A stretch of 64,000 bases of DNA, taken from the NCBI GenBank assembly GCA_043228905.1, contig JBHGNT010000003.1, positions 24,180,001 to 24,244,000 on the forward strand, written 5' to 3'. A program made the position numbers and the translations under genes. Position 1 is the stretch's first letter. Each line of letters opens with the position of its first letter. Below, one piece after another: positions 53,682 through 64,000 of the stretch. Source of the DNA: Azolla caroliniana (Eukaryota; Plantae; Polypodiophyta). The notes below the pieces were generated by a model. That model did not search any database, was not told the DNA's origin, and worked only from the letters and a program-made list of their open reading frames with translations.

Positions 53682-53894
53682 TTAGCACATCCAATAAAGA
53701 GAAGGCGCCACAGTCATAGCCATGTGAGAGATAATGAATGGCAATGGTAGAACGAATGGAAACTCTCTCTATTTTATCCTGCTGAGTAATGAAAGAAAAG
53801 CATCGGATCATTCAAAAAGGTTCAAATCATTGAGAGAGATTCAGAGGTACTTATCAATGGAGAGAGAGACGCAAGCATAGGAACTTTGATCGAC

Positions 53895-53898
<4 letters not shown>

Positions 53899-53937
<39 letters not shown>
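53899..53937. repeat. (AG)n microsatellite upstream of the SUVH4 CDS
   Basis: AG run; shorter runs at ~26613-26634 and ~47200-47222. Confidence 0.95.
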
Positions 53938-53939
<2 letters not shown>

Positions 53940-54889
53940 GAGCAATCAGATAATCAGAATCTCTACTCTCAACAGCTCAAACCATACGAATGGTAACTAA
54001 TTAGCAGTTCAGAAACTTGTCAATTATACAGCAAGATTTGTTCAAATCATCCATGCTGATGGTGTAAGAAAAACAATGCAAATGATATAAACAAAACCGT
54101 GCAGAAACTCTATGATATTGCACAGCGTTCTTACTGTAGTTATGTCCATGACAATGTATTACTTTGTTTTCGTTAAAACATTGAGAAGAAACAATAGTAC
54201 GGGGAAATAAACAGCTCAGATACTAACCGAAAATTTATATAGAGCTCCTGCGGCGATGGTGATGGAAATGGCGATTGTGGAAGAAAGAGAGGAAGAGTAT
54301 ATTCAATTACACAGAGATAGATGGAAACATAGAAATCCACCAAAATAAATAAAAGCAGAAATTTTAAAAGTTCCGTGTAGCGATGGGGCAATGTCTTCTT
54401 CTGAGAAATGAAGAAAGAAAATCTTTTTACATCTGATTGAATGGCAGCATTGTTTGCAGAGAAATTTGAGGGCCAGCAATGGCGCTGTAGATATGATAGA
54501 GATGGCGGGAGAGCACAGGAACTCGCTGAAAGAAAATAAGAAGAAGAATAAGCTCGTGAGTGTCGACAGCTACCGCAGAGAAGGGAGGAATCGTTTGAAA
54601 GCAAATAAGGTAAGCTGGCGATGGCGTAATGCAGAGAAGAACCTGCTGCTGCTTCGATCGGCGATGGCGATTCGTAAGAGATTGGCGGGAGAGAGGAAAA
54701 AGAAGAAGGAAGAATCAAAAAACAAAACAGAAGAGAAGCACTACGAAAACCGACCGTTGGCGGGTCACGTCACAGAACGCGGAAACGAAGAAGAAGAGAG
54801 GGGAGCATTATTCGTTTGTTTTGTTAATTTCAAAAAACAAAATCAAAAGAAATTATTTTTTTATGTGTGTGACGTGAAGTCGAAAGCCT

Positions 54890-56961
54890 GATGTACGCGT
54901 GGTCCGGACATTGGATACGTTGTTGGAGTAGTCAGCAAGCGATATATGAGCAATCCTGGAAGAGAGCATTGTGCAGCAGTCAAGGTGCCTCCGATTCGAC
55001 TCAGGTAACCCCACATTAGAAGGTTATACTGATTCGGACATGTCAGCTGATGCGGATACTAGCTGATTCCACGTCCGAATACGTAATGACTTATGCAGGT
55101 GGAATCGTCTCATGGCAGTCGAGGCTGCTTAAGGTTGTCACATTGTCGACCACGAAAGCCAAGTACATGGCCGCCATCGAAGCTGGCAAAGAAATAATAT
55201 GGATGAAGGAGATTATCGAGAGTTAGGAATTCGTCGGGCGGAATTTTGGCTCTACTACAACAACCAAAGTGCCATCCACCTTGCGAAAAATGCCGCCTAC
55301 CACTCGAGGACCAAGCACATCCTTAGGAGATACCATTGGCTCCAAGAGCAGGTAGATGAGAAGGAGTTTTCTCTAGTGAAGGTGCATACATCTAACGAAG
55401 GTGTTGTCTACCGAAAACCTGGACGTGTGTCGAAGACAGGTCGGATTGACAAAGTACCTCGTGCCAGAGTGAAGGGGGAGTTTGTAAGGTAACACGTCCC
55501 TCCGAATGGGAAGAAGAGCACAAGCCGAATGGAATGGAATCGATAGGTAGACTTGACTGAGGCCAAAAATCGATTAATTGATAATCGATTTGGTTATTAG
55601 CCGAATCAGGAGGGGGCTATAATTGTAAATAGCCTAAATGTGCCCTTAGTGGGCCATAGTTGTAAATAGCCCATATTGTACATGAGTATAAATATACTTA
55701 GGGCAAGTTGTTAGATATGTAGTTGTAGTTGATCATTATTGTATAATTATTGTTGGTTGTTACCACTGTAACAAAGAGAGTAAGAGAGTAAGAGAGTTGT
55801 AACTCTACTGTCACGGACACACCAAGCGCAGACTAGGACGAAGCACAGATGATGGGGCTACAAGCGACAGATGAACTTGGAGCTAAATGTGACGAGGCTA
55901 GGAACTCTAGATGTTGTGGGCGACATGAGGGCATGAAGACAGAAATAAAGATCAAGGAGATAAAGATTAAGCGAAATGAGAATACTAGATTGATGTGTCA
56001 ATGACTGGTGTTGAATCCCTTGAAAGGGATCAAGGAGGTTACAAGTATTTATACTATGAGTTGAAGTACATGCATTAGAATATTCTTGGGAATATTTTGA
56101 AGAATATTCTTGAAAATATTTTGGAGAATATTCTAGAACCCTCTAGAACCTTCTAGTTCTAGAACTCTCTAAAAACTCCTAGAACGTGAATAGATACTCT
56201 ATTAGACGATCCGCGGCTGCCAATATGTCTTCTGGTAATGAAAATTATTCTGTTTCGGGTACATCAAGAGCTAATTTAATGTTCAAATTTCGTTGACCAA
56301 CAGTAGAAATTACAGGGTTCATATTAGTCTCCTCCTAATTCATTTATGTCAATCAATCGTATCGGGGTTTAATCAGTTGCGGTGTGACGGAATTTCTCTG
56401 GTGAATGCTAGTTGAGACATCAACTCCGCATAGATCTGGCTGAAACTGCCCTCCTATCCTTACTTAGCCACCAATTATGCCACACAACTTTCCTTGTTTA
56501 CACATCATATGTGGAATCTAGATATATTACTAGAAGTGCTAACTTGAATACTTTCAGGAAAAACCGGAAAAGACTTTACCTCCCACTGGTACAAAAGAAG
56601 AATCATGCTTATTACCAAAGATAGTAATGAAATTCTATAAAGCAAAAATTATAACACGATTATGTACTTGGATGTGTTGGTTACAATATAACACTTGACT
56701 ATAATACAAGAGGTCATGAGTTCAGATCTTGACATAACTGTTGTCATGTCTATGACATCTACCGTGTCTGTTAGACGAAGATGAGCTCGAGGCCGTTGTC
56801 TTTGAGTCTCCTTGTATTCCTCTCCTTATATAGTGATTCCGATTCAGAATATGTGGGCTCCTGTGGTTTTTCCCTTTTGGGTTTTCCACGTAAAATAACC
56901 TCTCTGTATTTTTGGTTTTTGTCTGTTTGCGTATTGTCATTTCTCGATCTTGGCACTCACA
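54890..56961 (+). mobile_element. Truncated Ty1/copia 3' part: RT end, RNase H, PPT and 3' LTR (55483-56961, interrupted)
   Basis: PDIGYVVGVVS..YMSNPGREH, GYTDSD, LSTTKAKY, NQSAIHLAKNAAYHSRTKHI. PPT GAAGGGGGAG directly before TGTAAG (55483). LTR motif GGGTTTTCCACGTAAA; likely end ...CTCACA at 56961. Confidence 0.85.
55809..56757 (-). mobile_element. Solo-LTR-like insertion (949 bp) nested in the copia LTR
   Basis: Ends TGTCACGGACA ... TGTCTATGACA. Perfect 5-bp TSD TCTAC (55804-55808 and 56758-56762). TATA-like GTATAAATA on the minus strand at ~56047 next to TTCTAGAA repeats. Confidence 0.85.
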
Positions 56962-59517
56962 TCCACATACGAATGTGTATCAACCGGTTGTGGCCGGTAG
57001 TCGATTCTCAATACATTCCTCATGCCATGAGTTTTGTGGTTGTTTGGATGCTTTGAGCATTGCTATCGAGAGTGGACATGCTTTGTATTCGAGCGGTATA
57101 CCGAACTGCACTCCATGTTCGTCGTAAGGCACTAATGCTAAAAAAAAACCAACTATACTATATTTCCATTACAAAATCGTAAAAGGGTCATCATGTCATA
57201 ATTTCTCTAATATATCTTGATCATTACCTAACAACATCATTAAAAATATGGATCACCTTTCATTACAACCTCACATCCATTCATTATTGCATGAAGCTCA
57301 ACTTTATAAATTACAAAGTTTTGGGGGCCAAACATAGGTTCTTCAAATTATCTTAAGTCGTGACTCGTATCTAATAAGTTCTCCTTGTTCACATTTGCAC
57401 CTAGATTTGAGAGTAAATTCAAGAAATCTAATTGGTTCATACGAAGTGTCTAAAATATTGCAGAAATTGTGTACCACTTAAATGCATAAATTATCAACCT
57501 AATGGAACCACTCACGAGAAAATGTGCACAATGTGTGAATCACGCCCATTTTTTGCACAACAAACCACTTTATGCTTCACAAGCATCAAAAGTGAAATTG
57601 TTAGCATAAATTCTAGTCGTGCATCTATGAAATCTTTATTCATACTTGACAAATGGAAGGATATTAAAGCTGCATTTATCAAATCAAAATCCTCACATTC
57701 ACAAGATCCATTCACAATGAGGAATGTGAAGGTACAAATTCTTCATTTGCATGGCCTCATCATTAATTGCATGGGGAGGTCTCCCCCGCCCAAAAAAATA
57801 AAACACAATCACAAGATAAATACATTTTCTTCGTCCTTTATTGGTTGATTACATTTAGAAAGGATGTCCATGGTAGGACTAAATTGGTGTTCACTTGATG
57901 AAGGTTCCATCAAAATTCTTGTTTGCATGAATTGCTCGAGAGTATTGAATTCCTACTAATTTGTTCAAGGTTTCATTTCGTGGGACAAGTTTAAGGCATG
58001 GAAGGTTTATAATTGCATGTTTGAAATCCACCACATTGGTTAGAAAGTATGAGATCAAGTTGCATAACATTTCTTGAATGTAGCACAAACGAGCAAACAT
58101 AATTCCATCCGATAGCTTGATGGATTGCATTATGTAATTGTGTTGCATAACATATCTTATTGAATGTGGTACAAGCCAGAGCACATACTAATACAATAGT
58201 TTGATGCATAGCATGATGTAATTGTGTCATACAACTGAATGGTTACATACCAAGTCTTACAATTCTATGATGACCAAATCTAGAAAATAAATTGATCTTG
58301 ACTAGGTAAGACACAAGTTTGTACAATTAAGTCCTTGAAAGTAAAATAACTTGCATTCAACGTATCCTAATGGGCCTATGCTTACCTATGTGAGACGTTA
58401 AATAATCAGTGAGACATTATTTATGGGGTATAACAACATTGATTATACATATTCCAAAAAGACAAAAGTGTAAAGAGTTTTGCGATGCATCATGGAACAT
58501 CTTTTTTTTTACTATATAATTTTTTTATCTACAAGATTTATGCTTTACAAGACAATCATTAAAATATAAGCCTAAAAACCATGTGTGGGCATGAGTTATC
58601 TACATGAATGTCATAGCAACAATGACAAACTTTTGTACTCATTGATAAGTTTTGAGCTCCATAAACATAAAATGCAAACCAAAAGTCACTTTCATCATAT
58701 AATGACTATACATTGGAGTAATAGAGCTTAGAAAATTAGGACAATCCCAAATGTTGACTTGACTTGAAGATATTTATTAAAAACAAAACAAATATAAGAA
58801 AAACACAATGTATTCATTGTGTCCTTTAAAACACTCATGTACATTGTGCACCAATGATTGATGCCAATCATAGTGATCCTTAGAAAGTAGATTCCTTTAG
58901 TATGATAACAATGACCATTACATGTTTTTAAAATATCTTTAGCCATATGATATCTGAATTTGTCGGATTATTCATGCTTATTAATGACAACATTCACCAA
59001 GATAACCATTTGATTTGCTTTTTTTTATAAGGTGACCTTATGGAGTTTTTCATGTGGATGTGAGACTCTTTGAAATAATAAATATGAAACATGGATCTAA
59101 GTGTCTTATACTTATAAGAACTGATGATATTCATAAGGATATTGATGTATCATGTAATTAAGTTTTGATAGCAACGTGTAAAGAGAGAGTCCTTCCATGA
59201 TGGTGCACAATAATTACCATGAAAACTTTCTATAAAATAATGACTATTAACAAGGACAAAATGCAAAGATAGATCACCAAGGTAAATTTACGATGAATCT
59301 TTGCACTCTTCAATTACCAAAAAACTATTACATCTCAGAAAGATTATTAGGTGTAAGGTTTGACTTGTTTCGAAGTTTAAGATATATATATATATATAAG
59401 CCACGAGTCTAGAGTCAAACTCATGACCCCCGCCCACAATTGCGGGAGGTCCCAGTAGGAGAAAAGAAATATATATTAGATACATATACAAGGTGTGATG
59501 TGGTACAAATACGATCA

Positions 59518-60517
59518 TCAAGAATTCAACCACTGAAACTCGATTTCAAGTGTTTTCGCTGTGCCATCACGATTTGTGTCCGTACTAAGTGTATATTGAC
59601 CACTTATTTTTCCAAGCAACACAACCCGATCAATTTGAATTGTAACCTTCCCCAAGTTGCCCTGAAACACCAACCATCCAGCCATCAATCCACAAACATG
59701 TGCATCAGACAATAACTATAGTTGTTTAAAATTGCTGGTGCTATACTCAATATATACCAATTGAGATGTCTGCTTTGAAAAGCTATTTTTACAGCTTATC
59801 TATATTTTGTTTCATACAGTTGCATCAGACAATAACTATAATTGTTTAAAATTGCTGGTGCTATACTCAATATATACTAATTGGGATGTCTACTTTGAAA
59901 AGCTATTTTTACAGCTTATCTATATTTTGTTTCATACAGTTGCAAATTGTACTACAATCCATTTATTCTGCTGAAAATATAAATTGAATTTCATTAGAAA
60001 CACACGTGGGGCCTTGGGAGGGAGGGGGAAAATAGAAACCTTAATCCATCTATTTGTCATGCCAAATCAGTTTTGTAGGATTATCAAATTGAAATCCATT
60101 AAAAACAAGCACATTCATGGATTTCCTAATGTGAAAATGCATAGATTTCTGGTTGTGTTTATAATGTCCTAAAAACATTCATGAAGCATTGTATCAGATT
60201 GTGCTTTGCACATAATGCGTGTTATTGATGTTTTCATTTGCAGCCCCAAAGCGTTTTCTCTTGGGCCTCCTAGTCTTTTATTTTCTATGTCTTATAAAAA
60301 GATTTATTTTTCTTGCATGTCTCTTTACAACAATTCAAATGCTTTCTTGAGGAAAAAGGGCAAAAACCAAAAACAGGCCTAGAGAGGAATCCTTAGTTAC
60401 CTTTCCGAATGTATTTTTGCTTTTGCACGATATCCGGAGCTTCTGCCCTTTGGGAGGGGTATCAAACGCCCATTCAAAGCTTTGGTTCCACTCTGGAGAA
60501 CTGTTGCTGTGAACAAC
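59518..60517 (-). CDS. CSI1: Last two exons (60517-60401, 59661-59518) of a CELLULOSE SYNTHASE INTERACTIVE-like gene (C-terminal C2 domain); the rest lies beyond the right edge
   Basis: VVHSNSSPEWNQSFEWAFDTPPKGQKLRISCKSKNTFGK | GNLGKVTIQIDRVV...G.YTL...RDGT..TLEIEFQW; canonical splice sites, in frame. Confidence 0.9.
59701..59943. repeat. Near-perfect 120-bp tandem duplication in the last CSI intron
   Basis: tgcatcagacaataactata... at 59701 and 59821. Confidence 0.95.
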
Positions 60518-60714
60518 CTGCCAACATCCATAAATATGAGATCTTGTAATATAACCATACATAAAAAGAATGTATACATTATTCATTCACACAAATATCT
60601 CGAGCTCGCCATGAAAGAAACAGTAGATGAGAAGGTAAGATGATCAAGCAAAACAGAATGAATCAGTCACATGGGATAGGAAACGGAGGTGGTATATGGT
60701 ACACATACACACAA

Positions 60715-60948
60715 ATGCATATTATAAATCACAAACATATATATCTCATACAAGTTACAAAGTATATATTTATATCTATTCAAAGAACAAAAAATCATTA
60801 ATAAGAGACAAATGAAGTCTTTAAAATCTATACACATAAATGTATGTATGTATTAAATCACAAATATATTTATTCATACAGGTTGCAAAGTATATATATT
60901 TATACACATTTGAAAGAGCAAAGCCATTATTAGAGACAAAGAGGTCTC
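60715..60948. repeat. Degenerate tandem duplication of about 128 bp in a CSI intron
   Basis: taaatcacaaa.atat...catac.agtt.caaagtatatat...agagacaaa occurs twice. Confidence 0.7.
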
Positions 60949-60970
60949 AAAAAGGCGACATCCAGGAATT

Positions 60971-63900
60971 TGTTGACATATTTCGGTAGTGATGTGCGTG
61001 AACACACTTAGGAAATGATGTGTGTGAACACACTTACGACAACAGGGGCATTTTTTCCCTCTTTAGGAGGTTTTTTCCCCCTGTCCATAAAAACTCTGAT
61101 AACCCTAAAGTGGTTAAGCTTTTTGGGATTCAAAGCAAGAACCCAACTGTGGTATCAAAGCTACAAAGCGACATTTGAGCAGCAACGCAACGGCTCTCAT
61201 ACACAGTCTGTCTGTGCCATCTATGGTGGCATTTTTTGCTGTTAAAAAAACAAATTTCTACGTGTTTTCTTCCTCTGCGCAGTTTCAGTTGTGTTTTTTT
61301 TCTGCTTCCAAGTCGATTCAATCCTAGAAAAAGCCTCCTTGAGTCTTCCAAGACATTCCTATAACCCTCAGAAATCAGATTTGCTCCCCTTTCTCTTCGT
61401 TTGTTCATCTTTCAAGTCATAGAGGTATGTTATTCCCTTTTATCCATTTAGCAGTCCATTTTTTACATCAAAACGTGTTCAGTCCACAGCCATGGCTGAG
61501 AGCAATGATGTATTTCGGATGCTTGCTATTGAGGATAAACTGGATGGAACAAATTACCCTCTCTGGGCTTATATGATGCGCCATGTATTAGTAGCAAAGG
61601 GGTTGTGGAATGTGGTTCAAGGGGCTGAAAAACATCTTCTTGTTGAGAACACAAATGCTGATGGTACTGATTCTGTCGAGGATTTTGATCATCTTGCTCA
61701 TGCCCATGCTACAGTTTCTGTTGTACCGACTACAGAGCAACTTCGTTGGGATGGTAGAGATGCTCAGGCACATGCTTTGATAGCTTTGTCTGTGAAACGT
61801 GCCATTATTCCCCATATTCGCTCTTGCAAGACAGCAAAGGATGCTTGGGATACTCTTACCACTTTGTACCAAGCAAGAAATGAGGTTTGTGTTGCTTATC
61901 TCCGAAAACAATTGGAGAGCGAGCACACGAATGAAGGTGATTCTATGGACAATTTTCTTACAAAAATCAAAGATTTAAAGGAACAATTAATTTCTGCTGA
62001 TGAAATGATACCAGATAGTTCACTTGTGCAGACCATTCTAAATGGTCTTCCTGATTCATATCAAAGTTTTGCTTCTACTCTTCGTTTAATGATGAAAGGT
62101 AATCCCAATGCCTTATCATTCGAGAAGTTAGTCTCTGTTTTGTTAGAGGAAGACCAGTCTAGGCAAAACTGGTCTATTATGCGTGTTGCGGATCAAGCTT
62201 TCCTAGCTAGTCAGAAGGGCAAAGGTAAATGGAACTCATCTGCTACCAAGCAGAGATTTGCTAATACTTCACAAGTGAATGAAAAAAAACAAGAGCAGAA
62301 ACAACAACTGTTTTGCAAAAACTGTAAAGGAACTAATCATATTATAAAGAACTGTCCAGAATTGGCTGCAAAAGAGGCAAAGAAAAAAGAGGCAGGACTC
62401 ATTGTTGCAGAAGTCTCTGCACCAAAAATAGAGTCTGCAAATCTTGTGCAGAATGAACGATGGGCATTTACTATTGTTTGCAGGTTTGACCCATCTTCAC
62501 TTGAACAATGTATGTCTGTTGTAGAATCAGATGTTTGGTACTTCGACAGTGGGGCAACCAACCATATTACCTCGCAGCGCAATTTCTTCACTTCATTGGA
62601 GCCTACCCCTACAAGGAATACTGTCACATGCGCCAACTCATCTTATCCAATTATGGGTGTTGGTAAGATCATTTTGACTACTGCTGATGGTAGTCCTTTC
62701 ATCTTGTCAGATGCTTTGTTTGTGCCAGAGATCAAGAAAAATCTGTTGTCAGTTTCAGCATTAGCCAAGATTGACTTGGTTGTTAAATTTGTTGATGACA
62801 GGTGTACAGTTCATGATCTATCCAATGGAGATGTTATTATTGCTTCTGGCATTTTGTGTCGTGGGCTGTATAAGCTCGTAGATTATGAACGATCTATAAA
62901 TGATTCAGCCTATGCAATACAGGATTCTCAGGCTATTTTAGATGCAAAGATTTGGCATGCACGCTTTGGTCATCTGAATTTTGTAAGTTTGATTCGCTTG
63001 CAAAAATCTGAAATGGTGTCCTCCTTGCCCAAACTTGAGGCACCTCAGAAGCATGTTTGTGAAGGCTGTATTTTGGGCAAAATGCAACATTCATCCTTTC
63101 CAAAAGATGGTTCAGTTAGAGCTTCGCAGAAATTGCAGCTTGTTCATAGCGATGTTTGTGGTCCTATGCAAACACATTCTCTTGGGAACTATCTTTATTT
63201 CATGACTTTCATTGATGACTTTTCTAGGCATGCATGGGTATATCCATTGACAGCAAAGTCCGAAGTGTTTCTATGCTTCAAACAATTTCTAGCTTTGGCT
63301 GAGAATTTGTCAGCATGTAAAATGGGCACCCTCCATTCTGATCGAGGGGGGGAGTATATGTCTTCTGAGTTTAATGCATTTCTGGCTGAATGTGGGATAA
63401 AACATCAGTGTACAGTGCCGTGTACACCTCAACAAAATGGAGTTGCTGAAAGAAAGAATAGGTCACTCATGGAAATGGCGAGGTGTATGGTCAAAAGTCA
63501 GGCCTTACCACATAGTTTCTGGCTTGAAGCTGTCATGTGTGCAGCATATGTACTCAATAGGTGTCCCACTAAAGCACTGCACTCTATCACTCCATATGAA
63601 GCTTGGCATGGCCAAAAGCCATCTGTTGCTCATCTGCGTGTTTTTGGTTGTTTGGCATATGCATTAGTGCCTAAATAACAACGCAAAAAATTGGATGATA
63701 AAGCAGTGAAATATATTTTTGTAGGATACAGTTCTGAAAGTAAAGGCTATCGTCTGTATCATCCACAATCTAAACGCATTTTGGTTAGCCGTGATGTTTT
63801 TGTGGAGGATGCAATTCAGCCACTTCTTTCATGTACTAAGGAGACATCAGTTAGCTCCAGAGATGTGTATGACACTTTGTTGCCTCTTTTTACAAGTGGA

Positions 63901-64000
63901 CAGTTAAGTGTTGGCCCACTAAGGCACCTTCTCAGCCTTTGGAAGTTATTAATGTGAGGGCTGATATAGAGGAGGCAAAGACTGTGCCTAAATGGCTGTT
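60971..64000 (+). mobile_element. Ty1/copia LTR retrotransposon (5' LTR about 60971-61148, PBS 61150-61161), continuing beyond the window
   Basis: LTR starts TGTTG. PBS TGGTATCAAAGC (Met-tRNA type). Downstream gag-protease-integrase order. Confidence 0.93.
61492..63957 (+). pseudogene. Copia gag-pol polyprotein (gag, protease, integrase) interrupted by a stop
   Basis: KLDGTNYPLW, zinc knuckle CKNCKGTNHIIKNC, WYFDSGATNH, WHARFGH..CEGC, HSDVCGP, SDRGGEY, NGVAER. TAA at 63676-63678 is followed in frame by QRKKLDDKAVKYIFVGYS. Confidence 0.92.

Noticed and set aside
54173-54891. ORFs of 181 and 145 aa
   Set aside because: Low-complexity CT/GA-rich leader and promoter region of SUVH4; no domain features.
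57300-59300. Possible transposase remnants (also 16100-17300, 43000-44100, 46400-47000)
   Set aside because: Probably decayed TE DNA, but I could not identify a diagnostic motif or termini.

Overview
AT-rich, intron-containing land-plant nuclear DNA. A fern is plausible from gene content and style, but that is an inference. Genes, in order: a head-to-head pair of 3-exon SABATH methyltransferases (left copy has an in-frame TAA in exon 2; right copy intact), a 3-exon DUF1685 gene, an intronless PLS/E-class PPR ORF, a WEB/DUF827 coiled-coil gene, a SART3/Prp24-like gene, an SUVH4/KYP-like H3K9 methyltransferase with a very long acidic N-terminus, and the last two exons of a CSI1-like gene whose upstream intron contains a disabled Ty1/copia element. 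Intergenic and intronic DNA holds gypsy, copia and LINE remnants, hAT-type MITEs with 8-bp TSDs, tandem repeats and microsatellites. The most unusual structure is a 1,011-bp insertion (45382-46392). It has retroelement-type TG...CA ends and a perfect 5-bp TSD, but also 78-bp terminal inverted repeats built from a tRNA-like module. A similar tRNA-like module caps a separate solo-LTR-like insertion (55809-56757), and a third sits in LTR-like DNA near 6.6 kb. All calls come from reading the sequence by eye; no database searches were run.
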